Below are positions 51,838 to 62,100 of a stretch of 64,000 nucleotides of DNA, piece by piece. How positions within the stretch are numbered: position 1 is the stretch's first letter; every line of letters starts with the position of its first letter. Source of the stretch: an uncultured cyanobacterium. Its GTDB lineage: Bacteria > Cyanobacteriota > Cyanobacteriia > Cyanobacteriales > CAWCAG01. The translations under genes and the position numbers were made by a program. The stretch lies in the NCBI GenBank assembly GCA_963803805.1, contig CAWDOD010000004.1, positions 64,001 through 128,000 on the forward strand, in the 5' to 3' direction. A model generated the notes under the pieces. The model worked only from the letters and a program-made list of their open reading frames with translations. It was not told the DNA's origin and searched no databases.

Positions 51838-51933
51838 TTTGATTTGGGGAATAGGCAGGGGAAAGGGGAAAGAGTAAAGAGTAAAGAGTAAAAGGTAAGA
51901 TTATATTCAAAACTTATTACTTATTACTTTCCC

Positions 51934-52368
51934 ATGACTCCCATTTCCCCTCGAAACTTGGCGTTAGTTTTAGGTGCGATCGCCATCATTATTCTCAGCA
52001 GCAGTTGCGCTAAGTTAGATAGTCAAGTTGCTACCTCACCTAGTTCACCTCCTGCTGTAACTCAAGAAGTTTCTCCTCCGGCTGATATACCTACAGGTTT
52101 GCCGGAAGGATTAGGGAATCGGGTTATTGAAGATTTAGCTCAACGTACTGGTATTGCTGCCCAAGAATTAACTGTACTCCGCTACAGCAAAGAAACTTGG
52201 CCAGATGGTTGTTTGGGTTTGGGAGGTGCTGATGAATTTTGTACTGCTGTGTTGGTGGAAGGATGGCAAATAGAAGTTGTTGCAACCGCAGATGAATCGC
52301 TAAGTTGGTTTTATCGTACTAACTTAACGGGGGAAAACTTTCGTTTAGCGGGAGAGGGTAAAGGGTAA
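51934..52368 (+). CDS. Putative lipoprotein
   Basis: Hydrophobic signal ending LSSSC; TWPDGCLGL...FCTAVLVEGW...YRTN. Confidence 0.75.
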   Translation: MTPISPRNLALVLGAIAIIILSSSCAKLDSQVATSPSSPPAVTQEVSPPADIPTGLPEGLGNRVIEDLAQRTGIAAQELTVLRYSKETWPDGCLGLGGADEFCTAVLVEGWQIEVVATADESLSWFYRTNLTGENFRLAGEGKG

Positions 52369-52400
52369 AATCATTAATAATTGAAAACTGAAATTCTCTG

Positions 52401-55400
52401 ATGGTTAAAAATATTTGGCACGATGTTTGGCGCGTTCTGAATACTGATGTTACGGAGTTTTTCACTCAGGATACCTGTAAAGACTATATTGAAGCTTTTC
52501 AGGGCTTTTTTGAACTGGCGGGGACTTTAGAGGAGAAGAAGGGGGAGTTAGGGCCGTTTCTGGGGCAAGTTGATTCGCTGTTAGATGTTCTTGATTCGCC
52601 TTTGGGGAAAGTTGTTGAGGCGGGTTTGCCTTTTTTGCCTTTGGTTACGGGAATTTTGACTTTCTATGTCGAGAAGAATAGAAAGGAACCGAGTTTAGAA
52701 GTTTGCATTGCTTTGGTGAGTCAGGGGGCATATTTGGAGAGTATGCAGAGATTCCTGAAAACCCATCCGGAGATTCACCAGCAGTTTAATGAAGAAAAGG
52801 TTTCTAAAAACCTGGGCAGAGAAATTAAAAACCTGGGGCAAAAGTTAGAACTTAATGGCGAAGAGTTTGCTTTAGATGAAGGGGAAGGGAGAAAGGTTTT
52901 ATTCTGTTTTCATGAATCAAAGTTAGCTGAGGCTTTTAACCAAATCCTGACAAAACGTTTCCAGGAAGCGGGGTTAAGGGAAACAGAAGCAGAAATTGTT
53001 ACAGAAAGAATTAGCCGCAATACTCATCGTTATCTGAAACGGGCTTTTGTTGAAGCGGGAGAGGCGGTGAAGAAGTTGGCTTCTGTTTATGGTGGGGATT
53101 GGCAACGGGAAGAGGAAGCTTATTTAAGTATTGATGATTATTTAGAAGAGGTTATTGCCAAAAAACCCCAGGAAAAGGTTTTTGATGAAGAGTTTAGTTT
53201 CCAGGATGTTTATGTTCCCCTGGAGGTTCAGTCTGTTAAGGAAGATGGGGAAATTAACGAATTTGCTGACCCGGAAAGTATTGAAGATTGGGCGCTGAAT
53301 CTCTTACAGGATGAGGGAAAGCAAGGGCAAGTTCTTTTTATTCAAGGAGGCCCAGGTAGAGGGAAAAGTGTTTTTTGTCGAATGTTTGCCGATAAAATAG
53401 GGCGAGAATTTTATCCGATTTGGACACCGATTTTAATTCGTTTGCGGGATGTTAGTACTTTTGAGTTTAATTTTGATAAAACTCTGCAAGCAGCAGTGGG
53501 TAGGGATTTTGCTACTAGTGATAATGGTTGGCTGACAGATCGTAATACTCGTTTTCTCTTTTTATTAGATGGTTTTGATGAGTTGCTGTTGGAAAGGGGG
53601 GCGAATCAAGGTTTAGAGAGTTTTTTAGACCAAGTAGCGAAGTTTCAGCAACAATGCAAGGAGAATAAAGAAAGGGGGCATAGGGTTGTGATTACGGGTA
53701 GACCTTTTGCCCTTTATGGTATTCAACGTTCCCTACGACATAGCAATTTAGGGCGGGTTGCTATTTTAACCATGTCGGAAACTATTCAAAGGAAGTGGTT
53801 AAGTTGTTGGGAAAAGGTTGTTGATGCAGATGCCAGCAAAGCTAAGGAGAAAACAGAAGCTTTCCAAGCATTTCTTAAAGAAAAACGCTGTCCCCAACAA
53901 ATAAAAATTCTGGCCCAGGAACCTCTTTTGCTGTATCTTCTCGCCGCAATGCACCGGGATGATGTTTTACAAACCCAGATGTTTGCTGAAGATAGTCCCG
54001 TTGACCCCAAGGTGCTAATTTATGAAACGGCCATTGATTGGGTATTGACGAAACAGAGAAGGGAAGCAGGCAAGGATTTAAACCCGAAAATTACTGGTTT
54101 AGATCCGGAGGACTTACGGAGTATTTTAGCCGAAGCTGGTTTATGTGTGGTGCAGTCAGGGCGGGAATATGCTGCGGTGGCGACCATTGAAGACCGTTTG
54201 ACAGCAAAGGAAGATGAGGCGGCGAAGGAACTTTTAGCAGATGCCAGGGAAAGGGATGAGAAGAATCCTCTTAAGAATGCTTTAGCGGCTTTTTATCTTA
54301 AATCTAGTCCCGGCGCAGAAAATTGTGTGGAGTTTTTTCATAAAAGTTTTGGGGAGTTTCTTTGTGCTGAAAGGATGGCAGAAAGTTTGACAGAATGGAC
54401 ACAGAAGACTGGGAAGCGCCGTAAAACCTACCTCATTTTTACTAAGGAGATGGATTGGCAAATTTATGATCTTTTTGGTTATGGGGCTTTGACCGTTGAA
54501 GTTGTTGGTTATTTAACTCCTTTGTTGATTCAAAGTCAGCCTGATTTTGTGGCTTTGTTTGAGAGGTTGAATGAGTTTTATTTGCGTTGGAGTGATGGGG
54601 AGTTTATTGAGTCTACGGAGGAGAGTTTACCGCAACGCAAGGCCAGGCAATTGCAAAAGTACGATGTTGATAGGGGGCAGCGAGAGGTTGATATTTATAC
54701 TGGTTTGAATGTATTGATTTTACTGTTGGAGTTACATCGTTATGGACAATCTCAGAAAGAGTTAAAGGATAAGGTTACTTTTTATCCTTGTGGCCAGCCT
54801 GATACAGAGGATTTTAATCGGTCGCGTTTGTTGCGTTTGATTGGTTATAGTGATTGTCTTGGAGTTTTTAGTTTTGCTTCCTTAGTTGGCAAATTTTTCA
54901 GTTACGCCGACCTCAGTAGGGCAACCTCAGTGAGGCCAACCTCAGTAGGGCCAACCTCAGTAAGGCCAACCTCAGTAGGGCCGACCTCATTAGCGCCAAC
55001 CTCAGTAAGGCCAACCTCAGTAGCGCCGCCCTCAGTAGCGCCAACCTCAGTAGGGCCAACCTCAGTAGCGCCGCCCTCAGTAGCGCCGACCTCAGTAGGG
55101 CCAACCTCAGTAGCGCCGCCCTCAGTAGCGCCGACCTCAGAAGCGCCGACCTCAGTAGCGCCGACCTCAGTAGCGCCGACCTCAGTAGGGCCGCCCTCAG
55201 TAGGCCAACCTCAGTAGGGCCAACCTCAGTAGGGCCAACCTCAGTAGGGCCAACCTCAGTAGGCCGACCTCAGTAGCGCCAACCTCAGTAGGGCCAACCT
55301 CAGTGGGCCAACCTCAGTAGGGCCAACCTCAGTAGGCCAACCTCAGTAGGGCCGACCTCAGTAGCGCCAACCTCAGTAGCGCCAACCTCAGTGATATTGA

Positions 55401-55923
55401 ATGGGACAATGATACAAGCTGGGCAAATGCAATTGGTTTATATGAAGCAAATAACATTCCTGAAGCCTTAGCCCAAGAAACAAATTTTCAAGCAGCAGTA
55501 AAGTTAAGTCGTGGCTATGATTTAGCCCAAGAGGGAAAAATAGAAGAAGCACTCGCTGCTTATGAAAAAGCGCAACAACTTGACCCTAAATTAGAAATAT
55601 CTCCTCAATTTTGGTATCAACTTTGTAAATATGGTTGTCTACATGGTTATGGTGATAAGGTTCTCTTTGCTGGAGAAAAATTAGTAAAACTTGTGCCGAA
55701 TAATGAAGTATGTTTAGATATTCGTGGATTGGCAAGGGCTTTAACTGGAGATATTTCGGGGGCGATCGCAGATTTTCAAGCAGTTGTAGATAGTGACTAT
55801 TTTGATTATCGAAAAGGATTAAAAGCAAAGCGAGAATATTGGCTAGCTGCTTTAAAACAAGGGAATAATCCTTTCACCCCAGAAGAAATAGCAGCATTGC
55901 AAAAAAGCGAAGGAGAGGCATAG
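52401..55923 (+). CDS. NACHT NTPase + pentapeptide repeats + TPR-like C-terminus, frameshifted within the repeat tract; about 1175 aa when joined
   Basis: GGPGRGKS, FLFLLDGFDEL, EPLLL, EFFHKSFGEFL; A(D/N)LS(S/R) repeats; downstream frame ANLSDIEWD...GKIEEALAAYEKAQQLDP...RGLARALTGDISGAIADF ends at 55923. Confidence 0.85.
54906..55392 (+). repeat. About 33 x 15-bp tandem repeat encoding pentapeptides
   Basis: GCC(A/G)ACCTCAGTAG(G/C) units; five units are 14 bp. Confidence 0.95.
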
Positions 55924-56042
55924 GAAATTAATAATTAATAATTAATAATTTATAATTTATAATTGTTCTTTCTCTCACTCTTGACATTTCCCCCTAAACC
56001 CCATTGTAAAAGTGTCCTAACTTTACTGCGCAGTGCTATATC

Positions 56043-56223
56043 TTTTCTGGACGGGGCCGAGAGTTATCTGAGTGGTACACTAACTTTCCTGAATGGGGCC
56101 GAGAGTTATCTGAGTGGTACACTAACTTTCCTGAACGGGTCTGAAAGTTATCTGGATAGTACACTAACTTTCCTGAATGGGTCTAAAAGTTATCTGGATA
56201 GTACGCTAACCTTCCTGAACGGG
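56043..56223 (+). repeat. About 4.3 x 42-bp tandem repeat
   Basis: TTTCCTGAATGGGGCCGAGAGTTATCTGAGTGGTACACTAAC-type units at 56043, 56085, 56127, 56169 and 56211 (partial). Confidence 0.92.
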
Positions 56224-56375
56224 ATAGATTAAGGGATGATTATACTAAATCCGGCTCATAAAGTACCTTTATAAAATCTACTGGAAAAAATTCTCAAAAG
56301 TGACAAATCGAGCTGCCCCTCCTTCTTCGCCATTGGGAGCATCTCAGTTTTGCAGAAATAGTTTGTCTGTGAAGT

Positions 56376-56421
56376 TAGCTATTAGCTATTAGCTATTAGC
56401 TGTTAGCTATTAGCTGTTAGC
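56376..56421. repeat. STRR-type heptamer tract (TTAGCTA/TTAGCTG)
   Basis: About 6.5 units; related GCTAGTT/GCTAATG tracts at ~15568, ~27992, ~40012, ~49845, ~59058 and ~63847. Confidence 0.85.
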
Positions 56422-56459
56422 TTTAAGAATACATTTCTTGCTGCTTCAGTACAGCTTAC

Positions 56460-57350
56460 TCACTTCAACCAACTTGATAAATCTTTTTCGAGTAAGTTCT
56501 GTAGCTTAAGTACATCTTCACGAAACATTTCTACCAACTTCTCTCAATCTTCTACTTGTAGAGGCAAAGCATTTTTACCTTGAGAATTAAGATTAATAAT
56601 ACCAGCACGAATCTTTTGTCTTGCTTCCAGGGGCAAAAATGTCTTTAAAGTAGAAGCAGCCAAATTTCTGAGAGGGTTTTTGGTTTTTAATAAATTATTA
56701 ATTCCTTGGTTTTTCGGTACTTGAGCTTTTTGAGCTTTCTTAGCCGTATCAGGAACAAAATTATCATCTACTCCGATAAAACTATACATATTTTGCATCA
56801 AAGCAACTGGATTTTTACACAAATCATCATAAAGATAAACTTCAACTTTTTGACGACCAAATTCTTCAAAAAAGTGCTTTATTTGCTCATAGTAAAAACC
56901 TTTACTGAAAAAGTAAGCAGATTCAGCACGATGAGCAATAATTTCTGATAACGACTCTGGTTCTTCAATAGCATCGCGAATGTGCATTAAGTAATCAGAA
57001 TAAGCTCTTTCAGTAGGATTTCGCAGTATAGCAATGAGTTTAGCATCAGGTACAAAACGTTGAATCGCCTGAGCAGAGGTTTGGTAATGAAAAAGGTAAT
57101 TAGGGGAGGCTTCACCGATAGCAATTTCATCTTGAACCCCATCAAATAATTGGCGATATGTCTCAATATCCGTAATACTTTTGCTCGATTTCTTAGCAAG
57201 CTTTTCCGGCTCTTTTTCCCAATCAGCTTCTAGGAAATTTGTTTCCTTAACAGGACTCATATAAACCTGCGGATGCTCATCTAAGTAATTGTAAATAGAA
57301 GTAGTACCCGCTTTTTGAACGCCGATGATTAGAAAGTTGGGTAAGGTCAT
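56460..57350 (-). pseudogene. Sulfotransferase with an in-frame TGA 27 codons before the natural stop
   Basis: MTLPNFLIIGVQKAGTTS (PAPS loop), KETNF, GEASPNY, ILRNPTERAYS; after the TGA at 56546-56544 the frame continues EKLVEMFREDVLKLQNLLEKDLSSWLK*. Confidence 0.75.
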
Positions 57351-57681
57351 AGGATTGCTGTAATTAGTCCTTTTTAGCTTACCCATTATTTATACCAAAT
57401 CCTGTTTACTTCCATAGGCAACCTTCGATTCAGGGGGAGTTTTAGTTTCTTTAGTTTTAGATTTTTCTTCAGCTATAGCATTAAGAAAACTAACTTGTTA
57501 CCAATGGGTAATGACAATTCCTCAACTGTCTCACCCCCTTGTCAAAAAGGCTACTCATAAACAACCATTAAATTAAAGGGTAGCTAGCCGGAATTGCTCT
57601 TCTAAGCCCCGTAGAATGTACAACGAGAGCAAGTAAAGCTTAACAAGGGATATATCAAAGCAACGGAAGCGATACAGTCTT

Positions 57682-59070
57682 ATGGAGTTGAACTTACAAA
57701 GATTTTTTGATGCCTGCGATCCTAGTAGGACACTAGTGATCGAAGATGCTGAGGACAGGCAGTACTATATAGATTTTGCTTCTGTGCGAGGGGGCAAAGT
57801 TATCGAAGCACTGAAAAGAACTATAACTAGACTTTCTCCCCACAAGCCCACTTGTCAATTATTCACAGGACATATTGGTTGCGGCAAGTCCACGGAATTA
57901 TTGCGCCTGAAAGCAGAATTAGAAGATCAAGGTTTTCATGTGGTTTATTTTGAATCTACAGAAGATTTAGATGAAACCGATGTTGATATAACTGATATTT
58001 TACTCGCCATTGCCCGTCAGGTAAGCAAAAGTTTAGAAGAGAGTAATATTCACCTTGAACCCAAAGGTTTCAAAGCTTTTTTGCGGGGAGTGGCAGATTT
58101 TTTGCAAACTCCCATTGTGGTTAATGCCGAAGCTGAAGTGCCGGGTTTAGGAACCTTAGAAGCTAGTAGCGAAGGGGAGTTGGCTTTTTCTTTACCTATG
58201 GGTATTGGCAGAATTACGACTACTACCAAAAACTCCCAGCAACTACGTTCTAAATTGAGGCAATATTTGGAACCCCAAACTACTAGGATTTTACAGTTTA
58301 TCAATAAAGAGATCCTCGAAGTTGCCATTAAAGAACTTCGTAGCCGTGGCAAACATGGTTTAGTAGTAATCATTGATAACTTGGATCGCATTGATAATCG
58401 CCCCCTCTCTTCTGGTAGGTTGCAACCAGAATACCTGTTTGTAGATCGCGGTGATCAACTACGCAAGCTCAACTGTCATTTGGTTTATACTATTCCTCTA
58501 GCCCTAATTTTTTCCAACGAAAGAGAGGCGATGAAAAATCGCTTAGGGGGAGGCATTGACCCGAAGATGTTACCTATGGTTGCGGTGCAATCTCGTACTG
58601 GGGATATATACCAGGAGGGTTTGGAGTTGCTGCGGCAATTAATTCTAGCTAAAGCCTTTCCAGATTTGAGTCCCCAAGAACGTCTCAACTATGTTACAGA
58701 GGTTTTTGATGATCTCAAAACCTTAGATCGTGTCTGTCGCATTAGCGGGGGTCATATCCGCAACTTATTAGGAATGGTGTATCGTTGCATTCAAGAACAA
58801 GATCCACCCATTTCTATCAATACCCTAGAAAGAATTATTAGAGAATCTCGCGATCGCCTTTTATTAGCCATCGATGATCGGGAATGGGAGTTATTATTTA
58901 AAGTAGTAGAAGAACAAAAGGTGAAAGGAGAAGAAGAGTATCAACTTCTTTTACGCAGTATGTTCGTTTTTGAATACCGCGATGAAGAAGGTAATTGGTT
59001 CGGTATTAATCCTCTACTCTTAGAAACCAAAAAGTATAAGCTTTGGCAAGAAGAGTTTGCTAATGGCTAG
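57682..59070 (+). CDS. P-loop ATPase paired with the downstream WD40 protein
   Basis: FTGHIGCGKSTELLRL Walker A; LVVIIDNLDR Walker B; SGGHIRNLL. Confidence 0.88.
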   Translation: MELNLQRFFDACDPSRTLVIEDAEDRQYYIDFASVRGGKVIEALKRTITRLSPHKPTCQLFTGHIGCGKSTELLRLKAELEDQGFHVVYFESTEDLDETDVDITDILLAIARQVSKSLEESNIHLEPKGFKAFLRGVADFLQTPIVVNAEAEVPGLGTLEASSEGELAFSLPMGIGRITTTTKNSQQLRSKLRQYLEPQTTRILQFINKEILEVAIKELRSRGKHGLVVIIDNLDRIDNRPLSSGRLQPEYLFVDRGDQLRKLNCHLVYTIPLALIFSNEREAMKNRLGGGIDPKMLPMVAVQSRTGDIYQEGLELLRQLILAKAFPDLSPQERLNYVTEVFDDLKTLDRVCRISGGHIRNLLGMVYRCIQEQDPPISINTLERIIRESRDRLLLAIDDREWELLFKVVEEQKVKGEEEYQLLLRSMFVFEYRDEEGNWFGINPLLLETKKYKLWQEEFANG

Positions 59071-59134
59071 TTGCTAGTTGCTAATGGCTAGTTGCTAATT
59101 GTTCTCTCCCAGTCCTCCAGTCTCCCTGTGCCAT

Positions 59135-62100
59135 ATGAAAAACATTACCAAAGAAGAAAATGAACGTTCTTTGAAAACCTTAGCTAGAACTATGAAACTA
59201 GCAAAAGGGCGATTTTCTTTGCATTTTGTTTGGTGTAACTATACCCATTTACAGACGCATTTCCTGAAGAGGTTGGAGAAAGATTATAATGTTAATTTTG
59301 ATAGGTTATTTTTACCTCAATTAACTCAAACCATTCGAGAAATGGTTGCCTATGATTATCAAGATAAAGAACCAGAAAGTTTGATGATTTTGGGTTTAGA
59401 AGCAGTTAAAGACCTTGAAAAACTATTAGTAACAGTTAATCGGGCGCGGGATAAAGTCAAAGCTAACTTTCCTTTCCCTTTGGTAGTTTGGGTAACAGAT
59501 AAAGTATTGAAAAAATTGTGTCGTTTAGCCCCTGACTTAAGTAGTTGGGGAGGGACTCCAATTCATTTTTTACTACCCGATGAAGAGTTAAAAGCTTTTG
59601 TAAAAAAGCAAGTAGAACGAGCTTTTTCTGCTGATTCTACTTTTAGCTTAGATGATCATGAATTGTCGGCAGTTCAACAAGATTTGGAGCAACGCCCTGG
59701 AGTTTTGAGTCCAAATGAAGAGGCAGGGTGGGAATTTATTCTGGCCTCTTTAGCAGTTAATAATAATCAAATAAAAAAAGCGATCGCTCACTACAAAAAG
59801 AGTTTGACTTTTTGGCAACAGAGTAATAATTTAGAACGGCAAGGTACGATTTTATTAAATATGGCCTTTCTTTTTTACTCAGAAGGGGAAAAGCAAAAAG
59901 CAAAAAGACGGCATTATTGGCAACAAGCTAGTTATTATCTACAACAATGTTTAGCTATTTTTGAACAAGCCCAATTACCTAGTTTGGTAGCAGAACATAT
60001 TAGTCAATTGGGGGAAGTTCTCAGGCGTTTGAAAGCTTGGGAACAACTGCAAAACTTAGCTCAAAAAGCCCTGACTTTACACCAAGATTATGGTGAACCA
60101 GAACAAATTGCCCAAGACTACGGGTTTTTAGCAGAAGTAGCTTTAGAACAGTTCCATTGGGAACAAGCAAATCAACTAGCCAAACAAGCTTTAGAAATTT
60201 TTGACCAAATTCCCCAATCTCAACCCCAAGCGGAAGGTTTATATCATTTTCTTCTCGCCCGTAGTTTAGGACAAACTGTTCCTCAACTACAAAGATTGGA
60301 GAAAATGACAACGGCGATCGCCCATTTAGAAATTGCTGGGGATAAATGTTCTCCTAGTTATGACCCTCAGCTTTATATTTCGATTTTAGACGAGTTGGGA
60401 ACTTTATATTTTGAGCAGGGAAAATATCTTCGAGCTTTCAAAATTAAGCAAGCAAGGAGGGAAATTCAGACTCAATACGGTTTACGGGCTTTTATTGGGG
60501 CAGGAAAGCTTCAGCCTCACCGTCAGATGATTCCTAGTCCGGTTACTACTAAAATTTTGACAGGACAGCAAGATCAAGACAATACTTTTGAAGATATTGT
60601 CGCAGTTTCTGGGCGGCAGCAAGATGTTAACCGTTTGTTAGAAAGAATCACTCTACCTGCCCGTAAGTTAACGGTGATTTATGGGCAATCTGGCGTGGGT
60701 AAAAGTTCTATTGTGGAAGCCGGATTATTACCTGCTTTGAAACAAGCACATCCCGAAGGTAGAGAAGTTATACCTGTTTTATTACGAGTTTATAGTGATT
60801 GGTTAGGAAGCATTAATAATGCTTTGCAAGAACATAGTTTTAAGCAAGAATCACCGCAATATTTAACATTAGGGCAAAATAAACCTAGTATCCAAAAAAT
60901 CATTACAAAACTCCAAGAAAATGCTCAGAATAATCTTTTAACTGTGTTGATTCTAGATCAGTTTGAAGAATTTTTCTTTGTCCATAAAGAGAGGAAAAGT
61001 AGACACACTTTTTATGACTTGTTTCGACAATGTTTGGTAGTACCTTATGTAAAGGTAATCATTTCGATTCGCGAAGATTATTTACATCGCTTGTTAGAAT
61101 GTAGCCGTACTACGAAACTAGATATTATTGATAATAATATTCTTGATAAAGATATTCTTTATTATTTAGGTAACTTTACTCCACAAGATGCTAAATCAGT
61201 CATCAAAAGCTTAACAGAACGCGCTCAATTCCAACTAGAACCAGAATTAATTGAGCAGTTGGTTAGGGATTTAGCAGGAGATTTAGGGGAAGTTCTGCCC
61301 ATTGAATTACAAATTGTGGGAGCGCAATTACAAAGAGAAAATATCACTACTTTAAAAGAGTATAAAATACGAGGGACGAAAGAGAAACTTGTAGAGCATT
61401 ACTTGGCAACAGTAGTTGAAGATTGTGGGCAAGAAAACGAGCAGGCAGCCCAAAGAGTTTTATATTATCTTACCGACGAAAACAATACTCGTCCTTTCCA
61501 AACCAAAGAAGAACTTGCTTCTGATACAGAATTATCTAGTGAACAGTTGGATTTGGTTTTGACAATTTTAGTCGGTTCTGGTTTAATTGCTCGTTTCCCA
61601 GATTCTCAACTGGAATATTATCAACTTGTCCATGACTATTTAGTTAGCTTAATCAGGCAAAAATATCAACCAAGATCCTTAGAATTAGAACTAACAAAAC
61701 AGCAACTTAAACAATCTTTAGCTCAGGAAAAACAACAAAGAAAAAGAGCAGAAGTTGCCGAAATAAAAGCCCTTAATTCCTTAGCAAAAACTCTGTTTTT
61801 ATCCCATGATCAATTAGGAGCATTAGTCGCTAGTGTTAAAGCTGGCAAAAAGCTACTTAATGCTCAAGTTTCTCAATCTCTCAAAATTGAAACAATGGAT
61901 CGATTGCGACAAACTATTTATGGTGTCAAAGAACGTAATCGTTTACAAGGTCATGATGCCGCCGTTTTTAGCGTTGCTATTAGTCCTGACGGTGAGAAAA
62001 TTGCTACAGGTAGTTGGGATAAGACGGTGATAATTTGGAGTCGTCAAGGTAAAAAATTAAAAGTTATTAAAGGTCATGAAGCAATTATTTATCGTGTTAC

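Noticed and set aside
54913-55217. PTSV-repeat tail and antisense ALLRL ORF as real proteins
   Set aside because: Both are alternative-frame readings of the A(D/N)LSx repeat
54906-55392. Diversity-generating retroelement target or CRISPR
   Set aside because: No reverse transcriptase or template repeat is visible; it is a coding pentapeptide tandem repeat
52000-55750. HIP1-free stretch as evidence of horizontal transfer
   Set aside because: Gaps of similar length occur elsewhere in the window (e.g. ~39900-44850), so it is not distinctive
56043-56223. CRISPR array
   Set aside because: Units are contiguous with no unique spacers, and there are no cas genes in the window
56335-56356. GGGAGCATCTCAGTTTTG as an IS/MITE end
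   Set aside because: Single occurrence with no partner end or transposase in the window
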